A DNA stretch of 64,000 nucleotides, taken from Myxococcota bacterium. Its GTDB lineage: Bacteria > Myxococcota > XYA12-FULL-58-9 > JALHOP01. The stretch is from NCBI GenBank assembly GCA_041288095.1, contig JBGGMJ010000197.1, positions 11,751-75,750 on the forward strand, given 5' to 3'. This document shows positions 31,009 through 40,810 of this stretch, in pieces. The notes under the pieces are model-generated. The model made no database searches. It worked only from the letters and a program-made list of their open reading frames with translations, and was not told the origin of the DNA. The translations under genes and the position numbers were made by a program. Numbering within the stretch: position 1 is the stretch's first letter; every line of letters starts with the position of its first letter.

Positions 31009-31713
31009 ATGCGGTATGTCGGCACAGTGGTCGTATGCTCCGCTATCGCGGTTGCGTGTGACCGGCCGAGAGACGCGGGCCCGGTGGTTCAACCAGAGAC
31101 CCCGGCAATCGGCGACGTCGACACCGGCACCACCAGCGCGCGACCAATCGCGACCGCCGAAGCGGACACAGACATCGTCGTGCGACCGGCGACGCCTTTG
31201 CCACCGCCGGCTCCGGCGCCCCCCACCGACGTTGCCGCGGGCGCCGATGCCGCCGCGCAACCGGCGACCCCGGTCGCACCCACCGTGCCGGGAAACGTGC
31301 TCGTGCCGCCGGGCTACGCCGTCGGTCCCAAGCCCACCGAGCTCTCGCATCCCGAGGATGCCCCACCGTCCGCCGAGCCGCGCGCCGATCTCAGCGCCCG
31401 CGTCGTCCTCGACGCCGGCCAGATGCGCTACGAGCTCTACGCGACCGCGCCCAAACCATGGGTCGTCAAGAGCGAGACCCCGTTCAACCTGACGCTGCGC
31501 CCGAGCAACGGCGTCCGCCTGCGCAAGCAGGTCTACGACCGCCGTGACTTCGCCGACCCGCGCGCCGAGGTGAAGCAAATCAACGCCGAGCTCGAAGCAG
31601 GGCCCGGCGAGCACACCATCGAAGCCGCGGCCGAGCTCTACGTTTGCTCGGCGGAGCTCTGCAAACGCATCAACCAGAAGTTGCGAACGGCGTTCACCAT
31701 CCCGAAAAGTTGA
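31009..31713 (+). CDS. Hypothetical lipoprotein
   Basis: SAIAVA-C lipobox, P/A-rich linker, C-terminal beta domain with YVCSAELC (DsbD-N-like); GAGG RBS. Confidence 0.7.
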   Translation: MRYVGTVVVCSAIAVACDRPRDAGPVVQPETPAIGDVDTGTTSARPIATAEADTDIVVRPATPLPPPAPAPPTDVAAGADAAAQPATPVAPTVPGNVLVPPGYAVGPKPTELSHPEDAPPSAEPRADLSARVVLDAGQMRYELYATAPKPWVVKSETPFNLTLRPSNGVRLRKQVYDRRDFADPRAEVKQINAELEAGPGEHTIEAAAELYVCSAELCKRINQKLRTAFTIPKS

Positions 31714-32602
31714 TGCCGCCGAGCAAGTAAGGAATCGCGCGGCTCACGTCTTCGCCAGTGCGGTATTTGCTCGCGATGTACCACTGCGTCGTCAGGAACA
31801 GGGTCGGCTCGCGGAACTTGCCGGTCTTCTCGAGGCTGAGCTTGTAGGCGATGATCGGGCCCATGCGATCGGTCGGAAGATTGTCGGGGTCGCGATCCTC
31901 TCCGGGGAGGAAAACCCAGTCGGGGTAGATGGCGGTGATCAGCGTGTTGCGGACCCCCACGGTGAGCCGGTCGGTCACCAACCACAAGAAGTCGCTGTCG
32001 TTCTGAATGACCCAGCCGCGCTTGGGTGTGGCGATGTCCCAGACGAAGTCGTAGTACACGGTGTCGCTGCCCTGGAGATTGGCGTGCAGGTACGAGCCGA
32101 CCGTCTCCGAGCGCACGACGAAGCGCTTCACCTTCATCTGCAATAGCAGAGCGATGTTCCACTGGTGGATCCAGGCGGAGTACGAGGGGCGATTCTCGGC
32201 TTGGCTCGGCCGGTAGTCGGCGTTGGGCGACTGAAAGGACTGCAAGCTGTCGAAGGTGCCCCAGTAGTAAATGGGCGTGTACGAGGCGGAGAGGCGCAGG
32301 ATGTTGATGGGCTGAGCGGTGATGCCGACGCCGGGGCCGATGGTCGCGGGTGAGGCGAAGAGAGTGGCTTCGGCGCGGACGTAGGTGCCGGCCCAAAGAG
32401 GATCGGTCTCGTCGGCCGAGGCCAGCGGCTTGGTGAGACGGAGCTGGAATTGCTCGAAAAGGCCGAGCGGATTGATACGGGCGCCCGTGGTGCTGGAGTA
32501 GGTGGGGACGAGCTCGGCTCGCGCGGGACTCGCCAGGAGAAGCAGGAAGGCGACGACCGAGAGGCGAGTGCTACCGATTGCCGACATCCGATCTCCGATC
32601 AT
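31694..32602 (-). CDS. Hypothetical secreted protein, probable outer-membrane beta-barrel
   Basis: Signal peptide ([11 protein letters not shown]), aromatic-rich amphipathic strands, C-terminal [11 protein letters not shown]; start could be 32587. Confidence 0.7.
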   Translation of the reverse strand: MIGDRMSAIGSTRLSVVAFLLLLASPARAELVPTYSSTTGARINPLGLFEQFQLRLTKPLASADETDPLWAGTYVRAEATLFASPATIGPGVGITAQPINILRLSASYTPIYYWGTFDSLQSFQSPNADYRPSQAENRPSYSAWIHQWNIALLLQMKVKRFVVRSETVGSYLHANLQGSDTVYYDFVWDIATPKRGWVIQNDSDFLWLVTDRLTVGVRNTLITAIYPDWVFLPGEDRDPDNLPTDRMGPIIAYKLSLEKTGKFREPTLFLTTQWYIASKYRTGEDVSRAIPYLLGGINFSGW

Positions 32603-34200
32603 GACTTGTCCGCTTTAGCGAGCTCGTCTTCGATATCGATGCCGTATTCCTCGAGCTTGCGGTGGATGGTCGAGCGCGAGATGCCGAGCGCCGATGCCGC
32701 ATCCGTCTTGTTGCCCCGGTGTTTCACCAGCTCTGCGACGATGGTGCCGCGCTCGACGTCAGCCAGCGTACGGCCGTCGCCGCTGCCGCCGCCGGTTCGG
32801 GCCTTCGACGTGCTCGGCGGGAAGACGACGTCGGTGGTCGTGAGAACATCAGCGGTGCGCATGAGAACGGCGCGCTGCACGACGTTGCGTAGCTCGCGGA
32901 CGTTCCCCGGCCAGCGGTGGCCGTTGAGCAGGCGCATCGCGGCGTCGTCGAAGCGCACACGCTCGCCCTCCGGCACGAGCTGCTCGAGGAAGAAGGCTAC
33001 GAGCTCGGGAATGTCCGCGGCGCGGTCGCGTAAGGGCGGCAGCGGCAAGGCGAGCACATGCAAACGGTGGAAGAGGTCTTCGCGAAAGCGATTGGCCGCG
33101 ACCTCTTCCTCGAGACGTCGATTGGTGGCGGCGATGACGCGAACGTCGACCTTGACGTCTTCGTTGCCGCCGACGCGGTGGACCTCGCCAGTCTCGAGGA
33201 CGCGCAAGAGCTGTGGCTGCAGGTCGGTGGGCAGCTCACCGATCTCGTCGAGGAACAACGTGCCGCCATGGGCTTGTTCGAAGGCACCGGCCTTGCGCGA
33301 CACCGCGCCGGTGAACGCGCCTTTCTCGTGACCGAAGAGCTCGGACTCGATGAGCGTTCGCGAAAGCGCTCCGCAGTTGATGGCGACGAACGGTTTGCCG
33401 GAGCGTTTGCCGTGCGACGCGATGAGGCGGGCCACGACCTCTTTCCCGGTCCCGGTTTCGCCGTGCAGCAGCACCGGCGCATCGTTCGCCGCCATGCGCT
33501 CCGCCAGGGTCCGCACGCGCAGCGCCTTGTCAGAACCGCCGACATATCCGGATGCTGGAAGCTCGGTGTCCGCTTCAGCGGTCGCTGGCAGCACCTCGAT
33601 GTCGATACGGCCAATGCGCACGGTCGCTGGCGGAACGACCTCGGCGGCTTGCACCTTTTGCTCGCCGATGAACACACCGTTGCGGCTGCCGACGTCGTGG
33701 ACCATGCAGCGACCGTTTTCCAGCACGACGCGCGCATGGAAGCTCGACACATAGGGGTCGGCGAGGACCACGTCGTTGCTCACGTCGGAGCCGACGGTGA
33801 CACCGCGCTTGCCGATGTCGTGCGTGCGCTCACCGACCTTGAGCACGAAGGCAGCGCCCGCCTTGGTCTCCCGGTGCAGGGTACGCGTGCCTTCTCCAGA
33901 TGGGTTCCCGCCGCGATAGCGGACGGTCGCGGTGACCGGACCGAGCTGGATCACGTCACCGTCGGCTAGGCGGGCCTCGCTGCTGACGATCTCGCCGGCG
34001 ACCCGCGTGCCGTCTTTCGACTCGTCCACCAGGACGAGCAGCGGGCCCGAACGGCGCAAGGTGCACTGGAACGGCGCAACCGCCGCGTCCGGCACCGAGA
34101 GATCACAGTCGGGGTTACGGCCGATGCTGAACAGAGGCGTATCGATGCTGCGCCACAATGTGTCGCGGCCGCCTACCGTGAGCATCAAGCCGACCTGCAT
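32599..34200 (-). CDS. Sigma54-dependent enhancer-binding protein with two FHA domains
   Basis: FHA ([14 protein letters not shown]...GSRNG), AAA+ [39 protein letters not shown], Fis-type HTH. Confidence 0.94.
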   Translation of the reverse strand: MQVGLMLTVGGRDTLWRSIDTPLFSIGRNPDCDLSVPDAAVAPFQCTLRRSGPLLVLVDESKDGTRVAGEIVSSEARLADGDVIQLGPVTATVRYRGGNPSGEGTRTLHRETKAGAAFVLKVGERTHDIGKRGVTVGSDVSNDVVLADPYVSSFHARVVLENGRCMVHDVGSRNGVFIGEQKVQAAEVVPPATVRIGRIDIEVLPATAEADTELPASGYVGGSDKALRVRTLAERMAANDAPVLLHGETGTGKEVVARLIASHGKRSGKPFVAINCGALSRTLIESELFGHEKGAFTGAVSRKAGAFEQAHGGTLFLDEIGELPTDLQPQLLRVLETGEVHRVGGNEDVKVDVRVIAATNRRLEEEVAANRFREDLFHRLHVLALPLPPLRDRAADIPELVAFFLEQLVPEGERVRFDDAAMRLLNGHRWPGNVRELRNVVQRAVLMRTADVLTTTDVVFPPSTSKARTGGGSGDGRTLADVERGTIVAELVKHRGNKTDAASALGISRSTIHRKLEEYGIDIEDELAKADKS

Positions 34201-34227
34201 CGGCGTGTCTTAGCGCGAAACCCGGCG

Positions 34228-34566
34228 TCAGCGAAATGCGCTTGCGCGCTTGCGCCGCGCCCGAAAGGCACGGAGGCGCCGCCATTGGTGGATGCCCCAG
34301 AGGATGGCGCTGCCGACCGGCCGCCGCAGGACCGGCACGTCTTGAGCGATGAGCATGAGCCCGAGCGGCAGCATGTAGAGACCAAGCACCGGCAGGAACC
34401 AGAGGAAACCCGCGACGATGAAGAGCAGAGCCAGCGGGATCCGGAGCTTGCGGCTCTTGGGGTCGCGCAGCCAGCGCAGCATGCGGGCCAGGCGCTCCGG
34501 CACCTCTTCTTCGAGCCGGTCGAAGGCCTGGTCCAAGGTCTGTTTTCCGTCGTCGCCTTCAGCCAT
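34228..34566 (-). CDS. Small conserved membrane protein
   Basis: RIPLALLFIVAGFLWFLPVLGLYMLPLGLMLIAQDVP hydrophobic hairpin; AGGT RBS. Confidence 0.75.
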   Translation of the reverse strand: MAEGDDGKQTLDQAFDRLEEEVPERLARMLRWLRDPKSRKLRIPLALLFIVAGFLWFLPVLGLYMLPLGLMLIAQDVPVLRRPVGSAILWGIHQWRRLRAFRARRKRASAFR

Positions 34567-34630
34567 CGACCTACGATGCGCACCCCAGACAGCGCCGCCA
34601 CGCCACCATGACGTTTTGTCATGTTTTCAC

Positions 34631-34658
34631 GAAACGAAAGGCGGGGGTCGGCCGATAA
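34631..34658 (+). promoter_or_regulatory. Bipartite GAAAC-N15-GCCGATAA motif, copy 4
   Basis: GAAAC gaaaggcgggggtcg GCCGATAA; the second element is a perfect sigma28-type -10 box, 50 nt upstream of TTG 34709. Confidence 0.6.
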
Positions 34659-34666
34659 AGACATAG

Positions 34667-34689
34667 ATCCCCAGAAACTGGGGATTTTT
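34667..34689 (+). other. Terminator-like hairpin in the leader of the 1045 aa gene
   Basis: Stem ATCCCCAG / CTGGGGAT, loop AAA, followed by TTTT. Confidence 0.5.
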
Positions 34690-34708
34690 CGGCTTCCGGG
34701 AGTCGCGC

Positions 34709-37700
34709 TTGAGTGATTTGGCGCCAGATCGAGTGGGAGCAGCGCGTCACGTCCGCGCAGTCAGCACCACCGAGGCCGAGCAGCCGGCGGCCCGTCCCCG
34801 CCTGGTCGAGCCGAACGCCCGTACCGTCCGCATCCCGGCTTCCTACCAGGCGCGCCTTCAGGTCCCTGGATCGCAGCGCCTGACTCGCCTCCCAGGCAGC
34901 GCCCCGAACGATCAAATCGCGCGCCGCGTCGCGCAAGCCGCGAGCGCCGACGAGCTCATCGAGATCTTCGCCGGCATGCCGGCCCGACAACGGGCCGAAG
35001 TCGCGCAAGCATGGCTCGCGCAAGCACAGCGCCGCCGCGTGCCCGGCGACCAGGCACTGGCGGCGCTCACGGAGCACGTCGGCCGCTTCGGCAACCGCGC
35101 CGAGCGCGTGCTCCTCGAAGACATCGTCCGCCCGGAGAACCAGAGCGGCATCATCTCCGACGCCGCGACCGTCCACCTCGACCTGCAAGGCTTGATGTTC
35201 TTCGAGCACCTCGGAATCGGCGCGCCCAACCACGAAGCAGCCGCGATGTTGCTCGAGCGCCGTAGCCAGCGCGAGATCGATGCCCTCGACGGCGATCTCC
35301 GCAACCGCTTCGGCTCGACGCTCGCACAGCGCGTCGACGCGGTACCCGACGCACGCGGCCGGGCACGCCTGCAGTTCCTCACCAACCGCGCCAACCGAGA
35401 CCGCAACGGCGAGCTATCGCCGGGCGCCGTCGACGCCTGGTCGGTGCGTGAGGGTCTCGGCGGCTTCAGCTTCATGGAGCGCTTCGAGCGCTCGCTCCCC
35501 TGGAACGACGACAACTCCCGCGCCGCCACCATCCAGCAGATGTTGACGATGACGCCGGAGCGCGCCACGGCGATGCGGCGGCAATACGCCAATGTCCGCG
35601 GTGACGGACCACGCATCCCGGAGCCCACCGAAGAAGTGCGCGGCCTCGGCGACTACCGCTTGCGCCAAGCGGCACGCGGTCTCGCGCTCGATCCCGATCG
35701 CACGCACAGCAACACCGTCATCGAGGATCAGACGCGCCAAGTCGCGCGCTACATCGCGGCGACCATCTTGCACCGGGAGCAGCGCGGCGCGACCCGCGCC
35801 GAGGTCGAGCAAGCGGTTGCCATGGTGCGCCCGAACCTCGCATCGGGCCAGCAACGCGACGGCCGCGCTAGCTTCGATGACGTGGCACGCGCCTACTACG
35901 AGATGTCACACGAGGTACGTGGCGAGCGCCCGCAGCCGTGGCGCGGCCAGGGTGGCTTGAGCGACGCCGAGCGCGCCCGCTGGAAGCAGAATGTCGGTGC
36001 GCGGATCCAGGGGGACGTCCCGCGCGCGGACGTCGACGGTCTGCTCGCTGGTCGTGGAGCCGATTCACCGCAAGCGCGCGCCGGCCGCATCGCTCGCGCC
36101 GCTGCCGGCAACTTCGTCGGCCCCTACCTCGACGAGCTCAACCGCGCGCTCGACCTGTCACGCATTCCAGCCGAGCAGCGACCGCGCTACCTCGCCGAGA
36201 TGCGCGCGACGTTCCGCCAAGGCGGACGCGATCTCGACACCATCGTTCGTGAGCGCGCCGGCCGCCCCCTCACCCTCCCCACCGGCCGCCAAGTCCCTTC
36301 GCAAGCCATGGCGACGCTCGCGGCCAACGGCACGCTCAGCGACGAGCAACGCATCATGTACGCGCTCCACGACAAGGGCCCGATGGGCGCCGGCCGCCCG
36401 CGCCTCGGTGACATCGGCGCCATCGGGACAGAGCTCACCCCGCTCGACCGTCACCTCGCGCGCCAGCGCTACCAGGCGCTCACCGGCGGCAACTTGCTCG
36501 AGGACCTGGGCAACGTCCAGGGCTACGAGGCCCGCCTCGCCGAGTCGGCCTTCCACATCTCACCGTCCGACAACAACGCCATCGCGACGCAGCTCATCAC
36601 CATGACGGTGCCGCTCAGCGCCGAGAACCTGCCGCCGGGCGTGAGCCTCCGCCAGGCCCAAGCCGCGCGCGACCGCTACTGGGCAACCGTTTTCCCGGAC
36701 CGCGCGCAACGCGAAGCATTCCTGCGCCCCTTCCAAGGGCCGGGTGCTCCGCAGGCGGTCATGGATTTCGCGGCGCGCGCCATCGACCGGCCCGAGGTGA
36801 TCACCGGCAGCCTGCAGCGCTTGATCGGCGAGGCGGAGGGCACACGCTTCGCCGCCGCGGTCACGAGCATCTTCGGCCACCGCAACGCCCGCGAGCTCGC
36901 CAACGGCAAGTATCAGACGGTCCGCAATCTGCTCGCCGGTGCCGCCGCCAACGGTTGGCGCGAGCAGGACCTGGCGACCATCCCGCCACAACAGCTCGCC
37001 GGCCTCATCGCCGAGGTTCGTGCCCGCGCCCGCCAGCAAGGCGTCGCCGTCGACCGCTTGAGCGACCAAGCCGTGACCATCATGACGCTCGCGGCGCTTG
37101 GGCTCGGTGGCGGCTTGAATCCGCTGGCGGCCGCCGGTCTCACTGCTCTCGCCCGGGTCGGTGCCCGCGCCGCGACTGGCCGCTTGAACGGACAGCTCAT
37201 GCGCGAGGCGATGCTCGGTGCCTTGCCCGGCCTCACGTTCGGCGTGGCCCGCTATTTCCCGACCGGTCTCGTCGGCACCTCGCTCGCCGGCGGCTTCGCC
37301 TACTCCGGCTTCAATCTCCCCAATCACATCAGCAACGCGCCACTGCACGACCCAGCCGTGGCCTTCGAATACATCAGCCGTAACTCGGGCCGCGACTTCG
37401 TCTTCGGCACCGCGACCACCGCCGCGTTCTACGCGGCGATGCGGGCCATGGTGCCCAAGCGTGAACGTCCACCGACGTCGCAACAACCGGGAGGCAACCA
37501 GCCGACCCCGGGCCGCGGCGAGCCGCCGCTCGATCGCCCAGTCACTCCGGATCGCCCGACCAACCCCGGCGGTCGGCCCGGCGTCGGCCCGACGCAGACC
37601 TCCACGCCCGGCGGTCCCCCGCAGCGGCCCAGCGTACGCCCCGATGTGCAAACCGGCACGACGCGCCTTCCCGCCGAACGCGTCAGCAGCGGTGTCCGCC

Positions 37701-37846
37701 CGAGCGGATCAACTCCGGCACGCGACATTCCCGCGCGCACCCAGCCCGTACCGCCGCGGACCGGCCAGCACGGAACCGTCGGGAGTCCGGTCGGCGAGCG
37801 CGTCGGTAGCGGCGTCGTGCCCGCGGCCCGTCCGGGTGCCCGCTAA
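34709..37846 (+). CDS. Large hypothetical protein (annexin-like helical motifs, hydrophobic C-terminal helices, Pro-rich tail)
   Basis: 1045 aa ORF, TTG start with GGGAG RBS, no Sec signal; motifs FGSTLAQRV, FRQGGRDLDTIV, YQALTGGNLLEDL; Gly/Ala-rich hydrophobic stretch near the C-terminus. Confidence 0.8.
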   Translation: MSDLAPDRVGAARHVRAVSTTEAEQPAARPRLVEPNARTVRIPASYQARLQVPGSQRLTRLPGSAPNDQIARRVAQAASADELIEIFAGMPARQRAEVAQAWLAQAQRRRVPGDQALAALTEHVGRFGNRAERVLLEDIVRPENQSGIISDAATVHLDLQGLMFFEHLGIGAPNHEAAAMLLERRSQREIDALDGDLRNRFGSTLAQRVDAVPDARGRARLQFLTNRANRDRNGELSPGAVDAWSVREGLGGFSFMERFERSLPWNDDNSRAATIQQMLTMTPERATAMRRQYANVRGDGPRIPEPTEEVRGLGDYRLRQAARGLALDPDRTHSNTVIEDQTRQVARYIAATILHREQRGATRAEVEQAVAMVRPNLASGQQRDGRASFDDVARAYYEMSHEVRGERPQPWRGQGGLSDAERARWKQNVGARIQGDVPRADVDGLLAGRGADSPQARAGRIARAAAGNFVGPYLDELNRALDLSRIPAEQRPRYLAEMRATFRQGGRDLDTIVRERAGRPLTLPTGRQVPSQAMATLAANGTLSDEQRIMYALHDKGPMGAGRPRLGDIGAIGTELTPLDRHLARQRYQALTGGNLLEDLGNVQGYEARLAESAFHISPSDNNAIATQLITMTVPLSAENLPPGVSLRQAQAARDRYWATVFPDRAQREAFLRPFQGPGAPQAVMDFAARAIDRPEVITGSLQRLIGEAEGTRFAAAVTSIFGHRNARELANGKYQTVRNLLAGAAANGWREQDLATIPPQQLAGLIAEVRARARQQGVAVDRLSDQAVTIMTLAALGLGGGLNPLAAAGLTALARVGARAATGRLNGQLMREAMLGALPGLTFGVARYFPTGLVGTSLAGGFAYSGFNLPNHISNAPLHDPAVAFEYISRNSGRDFVFGTATTAAFYAAMRAMVPKRERPPTSQQPGGNQPTPGRGEPPLDRPVTPDRPTNPGGRPGVGPTQTSTPGGPPQRPSVRPDVQTGTTRLPAERVSSGVRPSGSTPARDIPARTQPVPPRTGQHGTVGSPVGERVGSGVVPAARPGAR

Positions 37847-37857
37847 AGCGGCCTACA

Positions 37858-38775
37858 TCACTTGCGACAAGCGCCCTTGCTGGGTTGCGGTTTCTGCACC
37901 GTGCCGCGCAACGGGATGTTGATGGTACCCGAGGGATCCTTCTGGAACTGGATCTCCGCGAGCTGCATCGCCGAGCGCACCTTTTCGTTCTTGGCGAGCC
38001 ACTCGGGATCGGCCTTGAGCTGGGCGCATAGATCGAGCGTCGACGTGTCGAACTTGGGCCGCAGGGCCATCTCGCCACCGAAGCCGAGCGTCAGGTTGCC
38101 GCCGCTGTTCTCGAACTTGGTCACTTTGGCTTTGCCGTCCTTGAGATCGAGGACGGCCTTGAGGTTTCCGAGCGTCACTTGCGGCACCGTAAAGCCCAAC
38201 ACGGCACCGGGCCCGACGCTGCCGCCCTTGAGCTCGAGCTCGAGATTGCCGGTGGACGCGTTGGGTTGCTCGGCGAGATAGATGCTGCCGCTGGCGTTGA
38301 GCTTTCCGGCGAGCGGAATGCCCGCGAGCTTGGGGAGCAGCGGCGGCTGCGTGAAGTCGACATCGTCGATGTCGAAGTCCGCGTCGATGATCTCACCGCG
38401 CTTCGAGAAGTCCGCGTGAATGACCCCGTCGCCGAGCTCGAGCTTCGCGTGCACCGCGGTGCGCAGGAGCAAGAGCGGCAAGATCTTAACGCGCGCGGCC
38501 ACCTGATCGAAGTCGAGGATCAGTGGGTCCTTGCCGTCTTGCAGGATGGTGACCTTGACGCTCGACAGCGATACTCCGCTGAAGCGGTAGAGCGAGGCGT
38601 CACCGAACGAGAAGCTGACCTTGCCCTTCGACTGCTTCTGCACCTCGTGCGCGAGGCGCTGGCCCACCGCTTCCGCTGGGAAGGTGAGGTAGAAGGAGAT
38701 CAAGAGCGCGCCAAGGCCGAACGCCACGTAGGCGAGGGTCGTGAGCAGCTTCTTGTTCTGGAGGATCTCCATCAA
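37858..38775 (-). CDS. gspN: Type II secretion system protein GspN
   Basis: N-terminal TM then FYLTFP, beta-jellyroll-like body; last gene of the gsp operon. Confidence 0.82.
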   Translation of the reverse strand: MMEILQNKKLLTTLAYVAFGLGALLISFYLTFPAEAVGQRLAHEVQKQSKGKVSFSFGDASLYRFSGVSLSSVKVTILQDGKDPLILDFDQVAARVKILPLLLLRTAVHAKLELGDGVIHADFSKRGEIIDADFDIDDVDFTQPPLLPKLAGIPLAGKLNASGSIYLAEQPNASTGNLELELKGGSVGPGAVLGFTVPQVTLGNLKAVLDLKDGKAKVTKFENSGGNLTLGFGGEMALRPKFDTSTLDLCAQLKADPEWLAKNEKVRSAMQLAEIQFQKDPSGTINIPLRGTVQKPQPSKGACRK

Positions 38776-39332
38776 CCTTGCTTCGTCTTGTAGGTGGTGA
38801 GCGTCAGCTCGACGTCGACGGTGTCGCGCTTGTAGGGCCGCTGTACCTTCAAGCGCCGCGCTATCACCAGATCCTTGGAGTTTTCGATCAACTCGAGGAA
38901 CTTCTGCAAGCGATCGGCGGAGAGCCCCGCGACGCGCAGATCGACGCGCGACTCGACGATGCCCTCGGCGTTGGGCTCACCGTCCTCGGGTTTGAGTTGA
39001 CCGATCTCGACGCCGGCTTGCCGCGCGAAATCCTCGACGATCGACACGAGCCGAACGTTCGAGCGTCCGAGCTCTCGCATCTTCGCTTCGCGCTCTTGCT
39101 GGCGTGCTTTGTATTCGCCCTGAAGCTGCAGCACCTGCGTGAGCTGGTCGGTCTTCACCTTGACGCGATTTTCGGCGCGGCTGATGGCGCCCGACACGAA
39201 CATGCCGACCATCGCGAAGACGGTGAGCACCACGGCGGCTGCGCAGCCCAGCACCATGAGCTGTTCACGCTGCGTGAGGCGGCCGAAGGCTTCGCGCGCC
39301 AGAGCGATCTGTTCCTTGAGACGATCCATCAT
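38772..39332 (-). CDS. gspM: Type II secretion system protein GspM
   Basis: LTQREQLMV then TM, coiled coil, ferredoxin-like C-terminus; position after gspL with 4 nt overlaps. Confidence 0.82.
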   Translation of the reverse strand: MMDRLKEQIALAREAFGRLTQREQLMVLGCAAAVVLTVFAMVGMFVSGAISRAENRVKVKTDQLTQVLQLQGEYKARQQEREAKMRELGRSNVRLVSIVEDFARQAGVEIGQLKPEDGEPNAEGIVESRVDLRVAGLSADRLQKFLELIENSKDLVIARRLKVQRPYKRDTVDVELTLTTYKTKQG

Positions 39333-40804
39333 TGCTCCGCCTGCGCCGTCGGAGCCGCGCCGGTCTGGCCGGGCAGCACGCCGATGGGACATTGCACTTG
39401 TACGGTGAGCGCGAACTCGACGCGGCCGGCGTCGATCTTCTTCTGGCGCGAGACGTCGACGTCCTTGACGCAACGGTCGAGGCGCAGCTTGCTCGCGACC
39501 TCTTCGACCACTTCGAAGCTGCCGGCGTCACCCTTGCCGGTAACGCGGTCATTCTGATCGGCGCGGCCATCCACGCGCATCTCGAGATCGGCGAACTGCA
39601 CGTCGATGCCCTCGAGCGACTGCGACATCATGGCGAGCAGCGACGAGGCGGAGTAAGCCGGCACGACGACACCATCCGCCGCTCCTGGCGTCTGCTTGAT
39701 GATCGCCATCACCGCATTGGGGTCGCAAACCTCGCGGCCGATGATCTTCCGCGAGGCGTCGCAGAAGCCCTGATTGATCTTCCGCTCCTCGGCGGAAATC
39801 ATGCTATAGCGGACAATCGAGCCGAGGATCGCGAAGAGTAGCACCGCTCCGAGCCCGACGGCCATGCGGGTGAACTCGCCGCGATAGACCTGCAAGTCAC
39901 CGTGGTAGGAGAGATCGCCGCGACGGAAGTTCAAGGGAATGCCGCGCCCTCGGCGTAACAAGGACGCCGCGAGCCCGACCGCGACGGCGTACTCGGGCCC
40001 GATGGCGTTCGCTCCGACGTCGACGGGCGCGACCCCGGCCACGATGTCGAGGAGCTCGACGGGCAACGACAAGCGCATCGAGAGATCTTGCGCGACGCCC
40101 GCGAATCGCGAGCCGCCGCCGGTGAGCAGAATGCGCGTCGGCTGCATGGCGGGTGGCAAGGCGCGCAACGTGGTGGTGAGCTCGCGCGCCAAGACCGTGA
40201 GGTGCGCCTCGTTGTGGCTATCGAGCCCGATGCGCAAGGTGCGCGCGAACTGCAGGCCGCGGCGCACCAGCGCGAAGTGCGTGGTGGTGGTGTCGATACA
40301 GACCACGGCGGTGAATTCGTCGGACGCGGGCGTGAGCTCCGCCAAAGCGGCCGAGGGCAACACGACCGCGCGCGGCTCGAGGCCGACCGTCGCCATCGCA
40401 TCGATGAGCCCGCGTACCGTGTCCTTGGCGGCGAGCGCCGCGACCGCCTCGGTGCGTCCATCGGCCGCGTGGCCGACGTGCCAGGTGACGGCGGTCTTCT
40501 CGAGCTCGTAAGGGATGACGCTCTCGAGCTCGAACGAGACCGCGGCGTCCACCTTGCGCGGGTCCACGAACGGAAAGCTCAGCGAACGGGTCGAGGCGGC
40601 GCGGCCGTCACTCGACACCACGACATTGTCGACCTCTTTCGGGACATAATCGCGGACGAGCTGCCAGAGACCCGCGGCATCGGTCTCGGCCGGGATCGGA
40701 ACCGTGGTCACCATGGTGACCTGGGCTTTGCGGAAGGTCGCCTCGAGCGCCACCACGCGCACGGCGTTGGTCGAGACATCCAATGCTACGAGTCGCTGGC
40801 CCAC
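39329..40804 (-). CDS. gspL: Type II secretion system protein GspL (PilM-like actin fold plus TM and periplasmic domain)
   Basis: VALDV, RSLSFPF, ILLTGGGS, LNFRRG then TM; operon position. Confidence 0.85.
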   Translation of the reverse strand: MGQRLVALDVSTNAVRVVALEATFRKAQVTMVTTVPIPAETDAAGLWQLVRDYVPKEVDNVVVSSDGRAASTRSLSFPFVDPRKVDAAVSFELESVIPYELEKTAVTWHVGHAADGRTEAVAALAAKDTVRGLIDAMATVGLEPRAVVLPSAALAELTPASDEFTAVVCIDTTTTHFALVRRGLQFARTLRIGLDSHNEAHLTVLARELTTTLRALPPAMQPTRILLTGGGSRFAGVAQDLSMRLSLPVELLDIVAGVAPVDVGANAIGPEYAVAVGLAASLLRRGRGIPLNFRRGDLSYHGDLQVYRGEFTRMAVGLGAVLLFAILGSIVRYSMISAEERKINQGFCDASRKIIGREVCDPNAVMAIIKQTPGAADGVVVPAYSASSLLAMMSQSLEGIDVQFADLEMRVDGRADQNDRVTGKGDAGSFEVVEEVASKLRLDRCVKDVDVSRQKKIDAGRVEFALTVQVQCPIGVLPGQTGAAPTAQAEQ

Positions 40805-40810
40805 GGCGCG

